In this document: in pieces, positions 36,894 to 51,112 of the stretch | Numbering within the stretch: position 1 is the stretch's first letter | Layout: the number at the start of each line of letters is the position of its first letter | Assembly (NCBI RefSeq): GCF_044704955.1 | Contig: NC_091999.1 | Span: 10,478,001-10,542,000, forward strand | From: Pristiophorus japonicus | Taxonomy: Eukaryota | Length of the DNA: 64,000 nt | Reading direction: 5' to 3' | Notes under the pieces: generated by a model | What the model was told of the DNA's origin: nothing | Databases searched by the model: none | The model's input: only the letters and a program-made list of their open reading frames with translations | Position numbers and translations under genes: made by a program

Positions 36894-36996
36894 GACAGAT
36901 ATTTACTCTGTATCTAACGCCTGCTTGTCTGCCCTGGGAGTCTTTGATGGGACAGTATAAATGGAGCATTAATCTGTATCTGTGTTAGCTGTAACT

Positions 36997-39900
36997 CATA
37001 AGAACATAAGGACATAACAAATAGGAGCAAGGGTGGGCCATCTGGCCCCCTGAGCCTGCTCCACCATTCAATACGATCATGGCAGATCCGATCTTCTCCT
37101 GAACTACAGTTCCCTGCCCTCTCCGCCTTACCTTTGACTCCGTTAACTTTCAAAAATCTGTCTATCTCTACCTTAAATATATTCCATGACCCAGCCCCCA
37201 CTGCTCTCTGGGGTAGAGAATTCCAATGATTCACGACACTCTGCGAGAAGTAAGTTTTCCTCATTTCCGTTTTAAATGATCGATCACTTACTCTGAGAAT
37301 ATGCGCCTAGATCCAGATTCCCCCCTACGAATCATCTTCTTTGCATTTATCCTTTTAAGACCCCTCAGATTATTGTACGTTTCAATAACATCTGTTATCG
37401 GTCATCTAATCACCAATGAGTATGGGCCTAAAAGTGTACAACTTTTGTTCAAATGAAAACCACTTCATATCAGGAATCAACCTCGTGAACCTTTTCTGAA
37501 CAGCCTCCAATGCAAATACACCCCTCCTAAATAAGGAGTACAATACTGTATAAAGTACTCCAGGTGTGGTCTCGCCATCGTCGTGTACAGTTTCATCTAC
37601 GAGGACACCCAGATACCTCTGGAGCAGAGCAGTTTGTATTCTCTCCGCATTAAAATAATAATTTGCTTTTTTATTTTTCTTAACAAATTGGATAACCTCA
37701 CATTTTCGCACATTATACTCCATCTGCCAATAATTGCACACACTCAAAGCCTATCTATATGCCTTTGCTGACCTTTTGCGTTCTTCTCATAACTTGCTTT
37801 CCTACCTATCATTGTATCATCAGAAAATTTGGTTAACTTATACTCAGTCCCTTCATCTTTCATTAATATAGATTGTAAATAGTTGAGGCGCCAGCACTGA
37901 TGCCTGTGACACCCCACTAGTTTAAATTTGACATCCTAAAAATGACGCATTTATCCCGAATCTCTCTTTTCTGTTCGTTCTCCAATCCTCTATCCGTGCA
38001 AATGTTATTACCCCCAACCCCGTGAATTTTAATCTTGTGCAGTACCCTTTTATGTGGCACCTTAACAAATGCCTTCTGCAATCCAAATACACGACATCAA
38101 CTGGTTCCCATTCATCCACCCTGCTCGTTACCTCCATAAACAACTCCAGCAGCTTTGTAAAACATAAATCCCCTTTCATAAAACCATGCTTTACTGCATT
38201 GTCGTTTTCGAAATGTCCTGTTACTCCTACCTCAGTAATGGACTCCATAATTTTCCCAATGATAGATGTTCGGCTAACTGGTCTATAGCTTGCTGCTTTC
38301 TGTCTTTCTCATTTCTTAAATAGTGGCGTTGCATTTGCGGCTTTCCAATCCGCATGGAACTCTCCAGATTCCAGGGAATTTTGGTCGATTACAATCAATG
38401 CATTTTCTCTCTCTGCAGCTTCTTTTAAGACTCTAGGATATAGGCCATCAGGTCCAGGGCACGTCCACTTTTAGTCCCATTAGTTCACCAAGTCCTTTTT
38501 TCTCTACCAATAGCCCCTTAATTATCAATTATTTTGATGCTTTTAGTGTCTTCTACCTTGACGTCTCTGCCATTCTCTGTTTCCCATTATTACTTTCTCA
38601 CTTTCATCCGGTCGGGGATCAACGATTACTTTCGCTTCCCTCTTCCTTTTTACATACCCGTGGAACTCTTACTGTCAGTTTTGATATTTCTTGCTAGTTT
38701 ACTATCATAAACTATCTACTCTGTCTTTATCGTTTATTTGTCGTCGTTTGCTGTTTTTTTTTAAATCCAAATCCTCTGGCCTTCCACTCTTCTTTGTAAC
38801 GTTGTATGCCTTTGTTTACAATTTGATACCATCCTTTACTTCCTTATTTAGCCACAGATGTTTTGTTCTTCTCTTCGAGTCTATTTCTCTCACTGAAACA
38901 TATCTTGCTGAGAGTTATGTAATATCTCCTTAAATGTTTGCCACTGCCTATCTATCATCTTATAATTTCAGATATTTTCCAAATTACTTTAGCCAACACT
39001 GCCTTTGCACCTTTGTAATTGCCTCAATTTAAGTTCAGGGCACGAGTTCGAGACCTTGCTTTCTCATGCTCAAATTGAATTTGAAATTCCACCACGCTAT
39101 GATCACTCTTCACAAGAGGATCCTTTAATGTGAGATTATTTAATTAATCCATTCTCATTAACATTACCAAATCAAAAATAGTCTGCTGCCTGGTTGGTTC
39201 CGCAAAGTATTGGTCTAAGAAACCATGCACAATCACTCTATGAAATCTTCTTCAAGGCTACCTTTGGCAATTTGATTTGTCCTATCAATATAAAGATTAA
39301 AATCACCAATGATTATTGCCATATCTTTCTTACAAGCCTCCATTATTTCTTGATTTATACTCGTTCCTACAGTGTGGCTACTGTTGTGGGGGGGGGCGGG
39401 GCTGTAGACTACTCCCATCAGTGACATATTTCCCTTATTATTTCTTATCTCCACCCAAACTGATACTACATCTTGATTTTTTGAGCCATATCATTTCCCA
39501 CTACTGCACTGATCACATCATTTGCTATCAGATGTACCTCGCCTCATTTTCCTTCCTGATATCTCTCTGGAATGGAAAATCCCCTGAATATTCAGTTGCT
39601 AGCCTTGGTTATCGTGCAATCACATCTATGTAATTGCTGTCAGATCATAACCATTTATTGCAATTTTTGCCATCAACTCATCTGTCTTGTTAGAATGCTG
39701 CGTGCATTCAGATAACACACTTTTAATTTGGTCTGTTTACCATTTGTTCCTACTCTGACCAAACTTTCTGATGCAGTCTTATTTGCATACGCTCTGTCCC
39801 TTCCTGTCACACTCATGCTATCATTACCTTTATCGCTACTCTGTACTATTGCCTCCTCCTTTTCATTTGGCGTTACTAATTTATGCTCACCGGATGCCCC

Positions 39901-40860
39901 ACCCCCCACTAATTTGTTTAAATTTCTATCTCAAGCAGAAGTTGTCCGATTCGCTAGGACACTGTTCCCAGCGTTGTTCAATAGATTCCGGTCCCGACGG
40001 AACAGCTCACTGTTACCAGTGCCCGATTAGTTGAAACCTATTTCATCCAAACCAGTCTTTGAGCCACGCCTTTAAATCTATGATCTGATTTACCCTATGC
40101 AAGTTTGCTCGTGGCTATGGTAGTAATCCAGCGATATTACATTTGTGGTTCTGATTTTTAATTTTGCTCCTAGCTGCTGATACTCCCTCAGCAGCACCAC
40201 TTTTTTGACATAGCTATGTCATTAGTACCTACATGGACCACGGCAAGTGGATCTTTCCCCTTCCACTCTAAGTTCCTCTCCAGCACAGAGGAGGTGCACT
40301 TAAGCTTGGCACCAAGAAGGCAACACAGCCTTCGGGACGCTTTCCCTCATCTGAAGAGAACAGTATATATCCCCATAACTATACTGCCCGCTACCACTAC
40401 CACCTTTCTCTTTCCATCTACACTTGAACGGTCCCCTGTACCAACGTGCTCTGGTCAGTTTGATCATCCTCCGAGCAGCCCCTGCTCTCGTTCACAAATG
40501 GAGTAATAATGTCGTACCTGTTAGACAATTGCAAGGGCTGAGACTCCTGCATCAAAACATTCTGGGTCTGCATATCTGCCTCACTCGTAGTCGCATTCGA
40601 CTGGTTCTGACCACGGACTAATTCAAATTAAGGGGCGTGATTCTCTGCTGGAACATAGCGTCCAGGTAACTCTCTCCCTCCCTGATATGTCGCACTGTCT
40701 GAAGCTCGGACTGCAGTTCATCAACATGGAGCCGAAGTTACTCGAGCAGTCAACATTTACTGTAGATGTGGTCGCCATGCATCACATTGGTGTCCACCAG
40801 CTCCCATATGCTGCAGCTGCAACACATCGCATCCCCTGCCGTCTCGAACATATTTTGAAC
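36997..40860 (-). mobile_element. Decayed near-full-length CR1 (ORF1+ORF2)
   Basis: ORF1 CCSCSIWELVD..HIYSKC. ORF2 YLNARSI, IIGDFN, HGFMKG..LLELF; (cataaga)n tail. Confidence 0.88.
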
Positions 40861-40972
40861 TCCCGCTGATAGGCTCTCTCGCACTGTTATTTTACTCACT
40901 CTGGTATGCTCTCTCGCACTGTTATTTAACTCCCACTGGTAGGCTCTCTCGCGCCGTTCTTTAACTCCCACT
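40858..40972. repeat. Short tandem repeat (about 35 bp x3)
   Basis: actcccactggtaggctctctcgcactgttattt units. Confidence 0.75.
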
Positions 40973-40974
40973 GC

Positions 40975-41420
40975 TCAATGGGTGGCACACTCACCTCTGA
41001 TTAAGAAGGTTGCTCGTCATGTCCCATTCCAGGGACTTAAGTACAGAAATATAGGCTGAAACTCTACTGTAGTGCTGAGGGTGTGTTGCACTGTCGCAAG
41101 TGCTGTCTTTCAGATGAGATGTTAAATCGAGGTCCCGTCTGCTCTCTCAGGTGGACATGAAAGATCCCATGGCACTATTTACAAGAAGAGCAGGCGAGTT
41201 ATACCCGGTGCCATGGCAATTATATATCCCTCAATCAAAATAACAACAACAGATTTCTGATCATTATCACATTGCTAATTGTTCGAGTTTGCTGTGCGTA
41301 AGTTATCAGCCGTGTTTCCTACATTACAACGGTGATTACACTCCAAAAGTACTTAATTGGCTGTAAAGTGCTTTGAGACGTCCGGTAGCCGTGAACGACG
41401 CTATATAGATGCAATTTGTC
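40975..41420 (+). mobile_element. tRNA-derived Deu-domain SINE (SacSINE1-like)
   Basis: tRNA-like head, gtctttcagatgagatgttaaatcgaggtcccgtctgc core, L2-like tail gacgctatatagatgcaa. Confidence 0.75.
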
Positions 41421-41759
41421 TTTCATTATCTGACATTTACTATACATTCCCGATGAGAGTTATTTGCGAAAGTGTAGAGAAAGATTTCCTGTTTTGCAAC
41501 ATTTTCTGAACTCAATGTTTGAGTGTCTCGTGGAATGCTGTAAATATGAATCTACATTACATTTAGCCCATGCTATATCTGAAATCTGAGATTTTAGTGT
41601 GGCAGCATAAAGGAAGCTTTAACCTGCATCTCACCGCTGTTGTATGGGAACTTGGAATGGTTGGTGGGGTAGTGCAGTTGACGCATTACACTTCACTTTG
41701 GCATGTGGTAACTGATGTATAATCGCTGGCGCGAGAGAAACAGCGTTCGAAAATTGGAA

Positions 41760-41900
41760 AAAGAGACACAGACAAACGCAGAATTTGAGAGAGAGGCACA
41801 CACAGACAAACAGAGAGACAGTGAGTGAGGAGAGACAGAAATAAAGGGAGGGAAAGAGTTGGAGATAGAGAAAGTGACAGAGAGAAAGGAAAAGAAAGCA
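41760..41900. repeat. GA-rich microsatellite
   Basis: gaga/gaca runs. Confidence 0.8.
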
Positions 41901-43739
41901 TGGAAAAATTGAATATTCAGCTATATCTCCCCCAAAAAATCGTCATTATCGCTCCAAACATCTTGGTTTTCCACTTACTCTGATCAAGTTTGTTCCTTAT
42001 CCAGAATAGCAAAGACGGCCACTCAGAAACGGGAATCTCAGGGTGGTACAACCTGCAGAAAACACATTGTTTTAACCTTTATCTGAATGAATCATTTTAA
42101 GTACAGCCGAACAAGTTTGAATTTTCCTCAGTCACTTTTCTGTTAAAAGCTCTTGTTCTTTGCTGTGCCGCGGTATTTGTGAACCGACTGTGAAGTTTGT
42201 CTTTGAATGTAAAGCTTTCTGCTTGAGTTTGTGCACGGAATGCAGAACTGCGAATGACAATCTGCTTCACATCATTTGTACTGAAATTCTTCAGACTTTA
42301 ATCATGTTAAAACGTGATATAAGCTATCTTGGAAATTAATACAGGTTTCAAAGTTAAGCTGAGCTTTTGTTCTGCCACATCCCATTAGATTCTTGATTTT
42401 TCTCTGCATTTTGGTCATCAGCATTTCTACTGAATTTACATGCATTTTGTGGAATTTATCTATTAAGCATTTTGACTACTGCTCTCTACCTAACTTCTCC
42501 GATCGTCACATGTAATGTCCATGCAGATGACTAAAGCCATATCGCATTATCCCGTCTGCCCACGGTGCAAATAGGAACGAAATCTGCACAAATCAGTTTA
42601 GTTCATACATCCGGTACGATTGGGGGAATTTTAGAACCAGGATAAATGGTAACAGTAAATGATGATTCATTGAATCTGTCAGCAAATCTTGACATCGGGG
42701 CACCCCACTTTAATGCAAAGGAAAATGCGCTAAAATTATCAGGGAATTAATGCATGCATAGTAAAACATCATCCCAAATAAAATCTTTCACTTTGAGGTT
42801 GAACGGGAAAACTTGATATTAAATTCTTGAAAATTATTTTATTTACATAAGAGGTTTCACTTCTATTGAACTTGACTATATTGTCCAGAGTCCAAAAATG
42901 GTATAAATACTGAAAATTATTGATTAGAGCAGCACGACAATTGCTGAATCTTAAAAGGTCCTGGCTGCTGAGATCTCCCAGTAAAGCTTTGCGCTGTCCT
43001 TAACTTTTAGAAATAGACTGTCTTGTCTTACATTTCAGTCACTTTCTGATTGTAATATTTCAGGGATTGCTATCCTCTCTGTTTTTTTTCCACTGTTATT
43101 CTGACTTTGCAACTTCCCTTCTCCCACCATAAAAAGCACCGAGCACAGAAATGTTTACAGAAAAATTTAAATAACTGAGAATCGAAGGTAATGCTACCAT
43201 ATTCCACTTGACTTAATAAGCACTGAACAGAAACCGTTGCTCAGGGTTAGCAACCGCAAGAATTTTCATCATGCAATTTATTTATTTTTATAAATATAAC
43301 TGACAATCCTGTGGTTCGCTGTTTTATTCGCACTCAAAAAACTAGGTGATCAAAAGCCGTTTTGCAGGATGTGGGCAAAGAGAAAATGGAACGAAGAATT
43401 TGAGCAATTTCATGAAGCTTACTACTCTTAAACTGACCCTATGTTTCTGAGAAAATATGCCCTGATGGATCTGGGCTCAAGTGCTGTTCGTGGATTGTTG
43501 CAAAGAGCCACGAATCTGATTCCTTGAAATGCGCAATGCGCCATTGGCCAGGCGCCAAGGCTACTAAAATAATAAACATCATCTCGGCCAGACTGGAAGT
43601 GACACCGCTCCAGGAGTTACCATGGATACCATGCTACATATATTGGAACAATGATAAATAGGAAAAGGCGCCCTGGTCAAGACAGACTGCCGCACACGTT
43701 CCAAAATGACAACGAAGTAATTTAAAAATATACTGTGTC

Positions 43740-44070
43740 ATGCAGGCAACACGGTGGCCTATATTTGCATTTCAAGATCCCACAAAGAGCACTGTGAATT
43801 TAGGATAAATTTTGGCCCACGCCACCTGGGTGAGCTCTGCTGCTTTTTTTCCAAATAGTGCCGTGGGATCTTTAACATCCATTTGCAAAGGTAAAGAGGG
43901 TCTTCGTTTAACATCTCACTGAAAGATGGCATACCCTCCGATAGTGCAGCACTCCCTCAGTACCAGCATCAGTAGTGTCGGTCCTGGATTGTGCATCCCG
44001 AGTCGCTGGAGTCAGATTGACATGAAAACTTTCTGACCCAAAGGTGAGAGCTGTAGAGCCACGGCTGACA
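43740..44070 (-). mobile_element. Deu-domain SINE fragment
   Basis: aaatagtgccgtgggatcttt..tttaacatctcactgaaagatggca..gtgcagcactccctcagtac. Confidence 0.7.
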
Positions 44071-44231
44071 CTTGCAGAGAAGGATGGGTTCCATTCAACT
44101 GTCTGTAAGTGTCAGCCGTCGCTCAATCAGTCTCATTCACGTTTCTGAGTCAGAGGGTTGAGGCACCGTCTGCGGCAGTTTTATTTCACTGAGGTTTCCG
44201 TACAGTGAGAGATGAGGTTTATAACACTGTG

Positions 44232-44677
44232 TAGCTCAACCCGCAGAAATATACGACGGAGTCCTGGATTTCCGCTCGAGTGAATGTTAAATGAATTTTC
44301 TGCGTTTGCTTGGCCGGCCTCGAAACTTCCCTTGGCAAAATGCGCGTCGTCTTTGTTGTTGTTATCCCGGTACAAAATAAAACGCGGAGCCTGGTTCGTG
44401 TGCTGTCGGTATCAGTACCGATCTGGGTTTGCACGGCTTGTTGTGTAACTGCAGTCTATTTTCACTCCATCTCCTTCAGCGATAGAGAGCGACGTCTGTG
44501 ATTGTGCCACCGAATCTGCCTGAATCTCCCATGAAATAAAAGTTAACTTTGAATACAGTACTGAGGTAGAAAGTCTGATAACTTAGAATGTTTAGTCACA
44601 TCATATTAGTGCAAGCAGATAAAGGCATGGCCATACTTCGAAACACGAGCACAATATGAAGATGTGACAGTACGACC
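44232..44677 (-). pseudogene. TCR alpha/delta V pseudogene (V exon about 44530-44232) with intact 23-RSS at 44193-44231
   Basis: EIQADSVAQSQTSLSIAEGDGVKIDCSYTT..Y*YRQ..FILYRDN..; frameshift; ..DSVVYFCGLS. Start ATG>AGG and acceptor AG>AT. RSS CACAGTG-23-ACGGAAACC. Confidence 0.92.
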
Positions 44678-44939
44678 TGGGGTCCAATCTATCCTCACCA
44701 ACAATCCCTTGGAATAACAGTTCTGCCTACTGTTGCAAAACGTTATACTGAGTAAAGTGAGAAAATGTTCGACTGGAAGACATAACATAAAGTGAGGAAG
44801 TATCTCATGCATTTCTGTTTCTGGTAAAACTACCGAATGCAATAATTGGGTAAAAGTAATTTCTCTACTTCCTACTATGTCACTCACAACCTCACTCAGC
44901 AGATTAAAGGAGGAGAAGCACAGATGACAGACTATGGTA

Positions 44940-47530
44940 GAGGAGGACAGGTAGCCTTAGTGAATAAGGATGAAATCATGTCAATGATAAGAGGGGATAT
45001 AACGAGATTTAAGCAGGTCGTGGAGACTGAATGGGTAGAAGTAAGAAACAACATGGATTTAAGGTTTTAGTGGGAGTTGTTTATATGCCCCCTGGTAATG
45101 GCTGTGAAGTGGTAGAATGTACAGATGCAGAGATTAGACAATCATGGAGCAAAGGCAGAGTGGTTTTAATGAGTGGTTTCATCTTTCGTGCAGATTGCAA
45201 TAAGCTGACCAACTAATGTTGGAAAGGTAGTGAGTGTCCTGAGTGTATCAGGATAGTTTTCTGCAAAAATATGTCCTAGAACCAACAAGGGGTCTTGCCA
45301 AATTAGATTTAGCAACGAATAATCAGCCAGATTTAGTTAACACCCAAACGGTATATGAATAATTAACTAATAACGAGCTCAGTATGATCAAGTTCATCAT
45401 AGAGTGTGAAATGGTGAAACGCGAAACAGCTACAAACATTGTCGATTTAGGTACGGCTAACTTCAATGGAATGAGACAGAGACTGTGCACAGGAAACTGT
45501 GGAAATCTGTTAATGGGTGAAATAGGATTTGCTCAAAATAGAATTCAACGTGACAAACATTTTTTTTATACCCCTAAGGGGTAAGAGCTGTACTTGCCAA
45601 ACAAAGCTATGGATGACTAAAGAGGTAAGAGACCACATGAAACTAGAAGAAAATGCATACAATAAAGCAACAAATAGCAGAGATCCCGGTGAATGGGAAA
45701 GATGCAAAGAACAGCAAAAGGTGACAAAACAGATGGATGAATTACAAAAAAGGAGAATGTAAGTACACCTTCAAGGCATATAAAAATCAACACAGTTTGT
45801 TTTATAAATATATTAAGAAAAATAGGTTTTCAGGAACAATGTGGGTCCTTTAGAAATTGATTACTGTGAAAGTGTCCACGAAAATAAGGAAATGTTGAGT
45901 ATCACTTTCCATCACTGTTTGGATAGAGCAAGTGCATAGCATTCCGGAAACACAAAGGAAATTGAAGCTGGGTCGGCAGCTCACCAAAATTAACATAAAG
46001 AAAATAATAGTAATGAATAAAAAAATTATTGGAATAAAGTGTGACAAATCCCAAGGACGATATGGTTTTCAAGTCAGGATTTTCAAGAATGTAGGTGTGA
46101 ATATTGCAAATGCCCCAACTATAATCTTCAAGATTTCTCTCGATTCAGGAATTGTTCCTTTAGAGAGCAAAATTGTGCATGTCACTCCGTTATTTGAGAC
46201 AGGTGAGAGAGGAAAACCAGGGAATTATAGGCAAGTAACCTAACATGTGCTAACACAAAATTACTAGAATGTATAAATAAGGATAGAGAGAATCAACATC
46301 TTGAAAATATGCAGCTGCTCAGAGACAGGTAGGTCATGTCAGACGACCCTCGTTGAATGTTTTGAAGAGCTGACGAAAGTAGTAGACAGGGAAATGTCTA
46401 TGGATGTTATTTATGTGGACTTCCAGCAGGAATTTGATGAAGTCTCTCATAAGTAACTGTTAGCTGAAGTTGAAGCTCGTGGAAGTGAAGACAAATTATT
46501 GACCTTGTTCGGAATTTGGCTGAGCGGCAGGAGAAAAAGATTAGGAGTAATAGTATTTTGCAAGATCAGTGGTGGTCTCAAATATTCACCATATTTATTA
46601 ACGACTTAGATGATGGGATAGAACGCAACAAGTTTGCCGATAACACAAAGAATAGCCGCCATTGTAAGCAGGTTCGATGGAAACATAAAATTACAAGGAG
46701 ATATTACCAGATTAAGCGAATGGATAAAACAGTGGAAAATGCATTTCAATATAGGCAAATGTGGGTTCATCCACTTTTGGACCTAAAACCGCGAGAACAC
46801 AGTATGTTCTAAATGGTGAAATGGTAGAAACAATACAGGTACAAAGGTTCTTGGGGGTCCATGTACATAGATCATTAAAATGTCATGGACAGGTACAAAA
46901 TATAAACAACCCGTCTGCTGGAATGCTGGCTTTTATATCTAGAGGGCTCATATTCAAGGGGGTCGTAGTTATGCTACATATTTAAAAGCTCTGGTTAGGC
47001 TATACCTGAAGTACTGTGAGTAGTTCGAGGCAGCAAATCTTTGAAAGGGTATATTGGCTTTGAAATTTGTGCAGCGTGGATTTACCAGAATAAAAACTGG
47101 ACTCCAAGTATTAAATTACGATCAGAGATTGCAGAAACTAGTGCGTAATTGGCTGGAATTTATATGGTCCAGGTGTGATTTGATCGAAGTTTTCACGCTT
47201 CTAATGGTTAGATAGAGATGCACTATTTCTGCTGCGTGGAGTCTCTAGGACTATGGGACAGAACCTAAAAGTTAGAGCCATGCCTTTGTGGAGTGAAGTT
47301 AAGAAGCATTTCGAAATGCAAGGTTTGGCAGAAGTTTGGAACTCTCTCCTGTAAACGGCAATTGTTGGCAGGTCCATTGTTCATTTTCATCTGAGATTGA
47401 TAGGTTTTTGTTAACCAAATTGATTGAGGGATATGGGGCAAAACATATGGAGTTACGTCTAAGCCTTGGTCTCTTTGAATGGCGAAACATGCTGGAGGGG
47501 ATAACTGAACTACTCGTGCTCCTATGTAGT
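44940..47530 (+). mobile_element. Old CR1 ORF2
   Basis: VGVVYMPP, GKPGNYRQV, IFINDLD..KFADNT. Confidence 0.85.
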
Positions 47531-47799
47531 TAACACCGCCCTGAACGTCAATTCTGTTTGTCAATTCACCCCTCCCTCCTCACCTCATTCCTCATGTTCA
47601 AAAAAAATCGAGAAATGCAATATAACTGTTGAATGTTTTTAATATTGCAAAAGAAGAAATTGAAGTAATGATAATGAGTGAACGAGAGAAAGTACGAGAG
47701 ACGAGAGATAGACTGAAATAGAGAAATAAAGAATGTGTGACCGAAACCAAGTAAGATTTCACGTGGTGATTGCCCTACTGAATCGCCTGTTTCTCGTAA

Positions 47800-48440
47800 T
47801 TTTTTGTGTCCATTCCCGAGATATAGGCGGCGATGACAAGGCCGGATTCTATTGGCCATCACTAGCTGCCCTTGGTGAAGGTGCCACTACAGTGATGTGA
47901 GGGAGGGACTTCCAGGATTTTGACGCAGAGACAGTAAAGCAACGACAATTTACGTCAAAGTCAGGCTGGCGAGCGACTTATTGAATTAAAGAACGTACAG
48001 CACAGAAGGAGACCCATCGTGTCTGTACTCGCTCTTCGAATGAGCGATCCAATTCGGCCAACGAACCTGCTCTTTGCCCATAAACCTGAATACTTTTCCA
48101 GTTCAAGTATTTCTCCACTTCCCTTTTGAAAGTTATTATGTAATCTACTTCCAACACCCTTTCCGTCAATGCATTCTAGATTGTAACAATTCTCTGCATA
48201 AAAATATTCTCCTAATTTGCCCCCTGGATTTTGTTGGCGTTTTGTCGTAAATCTGTTTTGTCTGGTTATCGACCCTCATGGCAGTGGAAACAAATCCTCC
48301 CCAGCTACTTTATCAAAACTCTTCATAATTTTGAACACCTTTATTAAAACTCCACTTAACCTTCGCTGCTCCAAGGACAACAATCTCCGTTCTCTCGTCT
48401 CTCCATGGACACGATGTACCTCAACCTTTCTACACTTCTT
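47800..48440 (-). mobile_element. LINE 3'-end fragments (family of 22325-25550, then CR1)
   Basis: Reverse complement of the gggcaa(t)tagggatgg tail, then CR1 3' UTR/ORF2 end. Confidence 0.6.
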
Positions 48441-48997
48441 GTAAAAATGCGAGATCTATTTCATCATTCACTCAATGACAAATAGTTTTTTCTTGAGTCG
48501 CTCGATAACAGATGTCTTTACTTAGCTCTTGGGTTGGACTGTGGTTTGGTTAGGTTTTTGCTCGAGTCGAGCAATTTTGAAGTGCCGTAATCCTTAGTCC
48601 GCAGCAGTAGGCAGGTTTGTCTTCAGTCGCTGCTGCAGAAATTGAAAAAGGGAAACTTGATATCGATTGAAATGACGAGCATCGAATTCTCCTTTCACAA
48701 AACATGCAACCTTTCCCCTGGTGATATCATGATACAAGATAAACTGCAAAGCCTACTTCGGGTACAGCTCGTACCAGTAACAATTCGGATCGTCCGAACT
48801 GCTGTTGTAATCACAGTTCAATTGAGACTTATCTGCTTCATATACATTCATCTCATATTGAGGCTGCATTACTAAACTGCATTGGATTTTATCTGCGCAA
48901 AATGATTTAAATCATTACTTAATATCCTTCTTAATTATGAAAATTCACACCAGCAGAGGGAACATGTAGCACAACATACCTATTACAATTGACATCA

Positions 48998-50871
48998 GGA
49001 CTAAAAACGGATAGTAAAAGCTTTTACAGATATATAAAACGGAAAAGACTGACTAAAGTAAATGTTGGTCCCTTAGAAGATGAGAAGGGGGATTTAATAA
49101 TGGGAAATGTGGAAATGGCTGAGATCTTAAACAATTATTTTGCTTCGGTCTTCTCAGTGGAAGACACAGAAACCATGCCAGAAATTGCTGGTCACAGGAA
49201 TGTGGGAAGGGAGGACCTGGAGACAATCACTATCACTAGGAAGGTAGTGCTGGACAGGCTAATGGGACTCAAGGTAGACAAGTCCCTGGTCCTGATGAAA
49301 TGCATCCCAGGGTATTAAAAGAGATGGCGGAAGATATAGCAGATGCATTCGTTATAATCTATCAAAATTATCTGGATTCTGGGCATGTACCAGCGGATTG
49401 GAAAGCAGCTAATGTAACGCCACTGTTTAAAAAAGGGGGCAGACAAAAGGCAAGTAACTATAAGCCGGTTTGTTTAACATCTGTAGTGGGAAAATTCTTG
49501 AATCTAACATTAAGAAAGAAATAGCGGGACATCTAGATAGCAATAGTGCAATCAAGCAGATGCAGCATGGATTCATGAAGGGGAAATCATGTTTAACTAA
49601 TTTACTGGAATTCTTTGAGGATATAACGAGAATGATGGATAGATGTGTACCGATGGATGTGGTGTATTTAGATTTTCAAAAGGCATTCGATAAGGTGCCA
49701 CACAAAAGGTTACTGCAGAATAGAAAGGTACGCGGGGTCAGTGGAAATGTATTAGCATGGATCGAGAATTGGCTGGCGAACAGAAAGCAGAGAGTCGGGA
49801 TAAATGGGTCATTTTCGGGTTGGAAATCGGTGGTTAGTGGTGTGCCACAGGGATCGGTGCTGGGACCACAACTGTTTGCAATATACATAGATGACCTGGA
49901 AGAGAGGACAGTGTGTAATGTAACAAAATGTGGAGATGACACTAAGGTTAGTGGGAAAGCGGGTTGTGTAGAGGACACAGAGAGGCTGCAAAGAGATTTA
50001 GATAGGTTAAGCAAATAGGCTAAGGTTTGGCAGATGGAATACGATGTCGGAAATTGTGAGGTCATCCACCTTGGGTAAAAAAACACAAAAAGGGAATATT
50101 ATTCGAATGGGGAGAAATTACAACATGCTGCGGCGCAGAGGTACCTGGGGTCCTTGTGCATGAATCCCAAAAAGTTAGTTTTCAGGTGCAGCAGGTAATC
50201 AGGAAGTCGAATGGAATGTTGGCCTTCATTGCGAGAGGGATGGAGTACAAAACCAGGGAGGTCCTTCTGCAACTGTATCGGGTATTGGTGAGGGCGCACC
50301 TTGAGTGCTGCATGCAGTTTTGATCAATGTACTTAAGGAAGGATATACTGGCTTTGGAGCGGGTACAGAGACGATTCACTAGGTTGATTCCGAAGATGAG
50401 GGGGTTACCTGCTGATGATAGATTGAGTAGACTTGGTCTTTACTCGTTGCAGATCAGAAGGATGAGGGGTGATCTACTAGAAACATTTTAAATAATGAAT
50501 GGGATAGACAAGATAGAGGCAGAGAGGTTGTATCCACTGGTAGGGGAGACTAGAACTAGGGTGCACAGCCTCAAAAAACGGAAGAGCCAATTTAAAACCG
50601 AGTTGAGAAGGAATTTCTTCTCCCAGAGGGTTGTGAATCTGTGATATTCTCTGCCCAAGGAAGCAGTTGATGCTAGCTCATTGAATGTATTCAAGTCACA
50701 GATAGATAGATTTTTAACTAATAAGGGAATTAAGGGTTATGGGGAGCGGGCGGCTAAGTGGAGCTGAGTCCTCGGCCAGATCAGCCATGATCTTGTTGAA
50801 TGGCGGAGCAGGCACGAGGGTCTAGATGGCCTACTCCTATTCCTAATTCTTATGATCTTATGTTCTTATGT
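48998..50871 (+). mobile_element. CR1, 5'-truncated, inserted in the V leader intron
   Basis: ORFs 48989-50018 with HGFMKGKSCLTNLLEFF, DFQKAFDKVPH, SGVPQGSVLGP; (ttcttatg)n tail. Confidence 0.95.
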
Positions 50872-51112
50872 AATACACAGCAGCATAGGCAACACATTTT
50901 ACTAATTACCTATTATACAATGGCCATGAGGTGCATTCATACCAGCATAGGGAACACATTGTACTAATTACCTATTACAATGGCCATCCGAAGCTTACAC
51001 CCGAGCATAGAAAACACATTTTACTAATGACCTATTATGCAAATGCGATCAGGAGCATACACACCAGCAGAGGGAACACATTTTACAATTTACCAATTGC
51101 AATAGACATCAG
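50872..51112 (-). repeat. About 60-bp tandem repeat of leader 3' end + splice donor (4 units; a fifth at about 48945-49000)
   Basis: On + strand cacaccagca(g/t)agggaacacattttactaattacctattacaatgg(c/a)catc units. Confidence 0.85.

Noticed and set aside
42174-42195. GGTATTTGT...GACTGTG as a J RSS
   Set aside because: Spacer only about 5 bp and no J motif follows.
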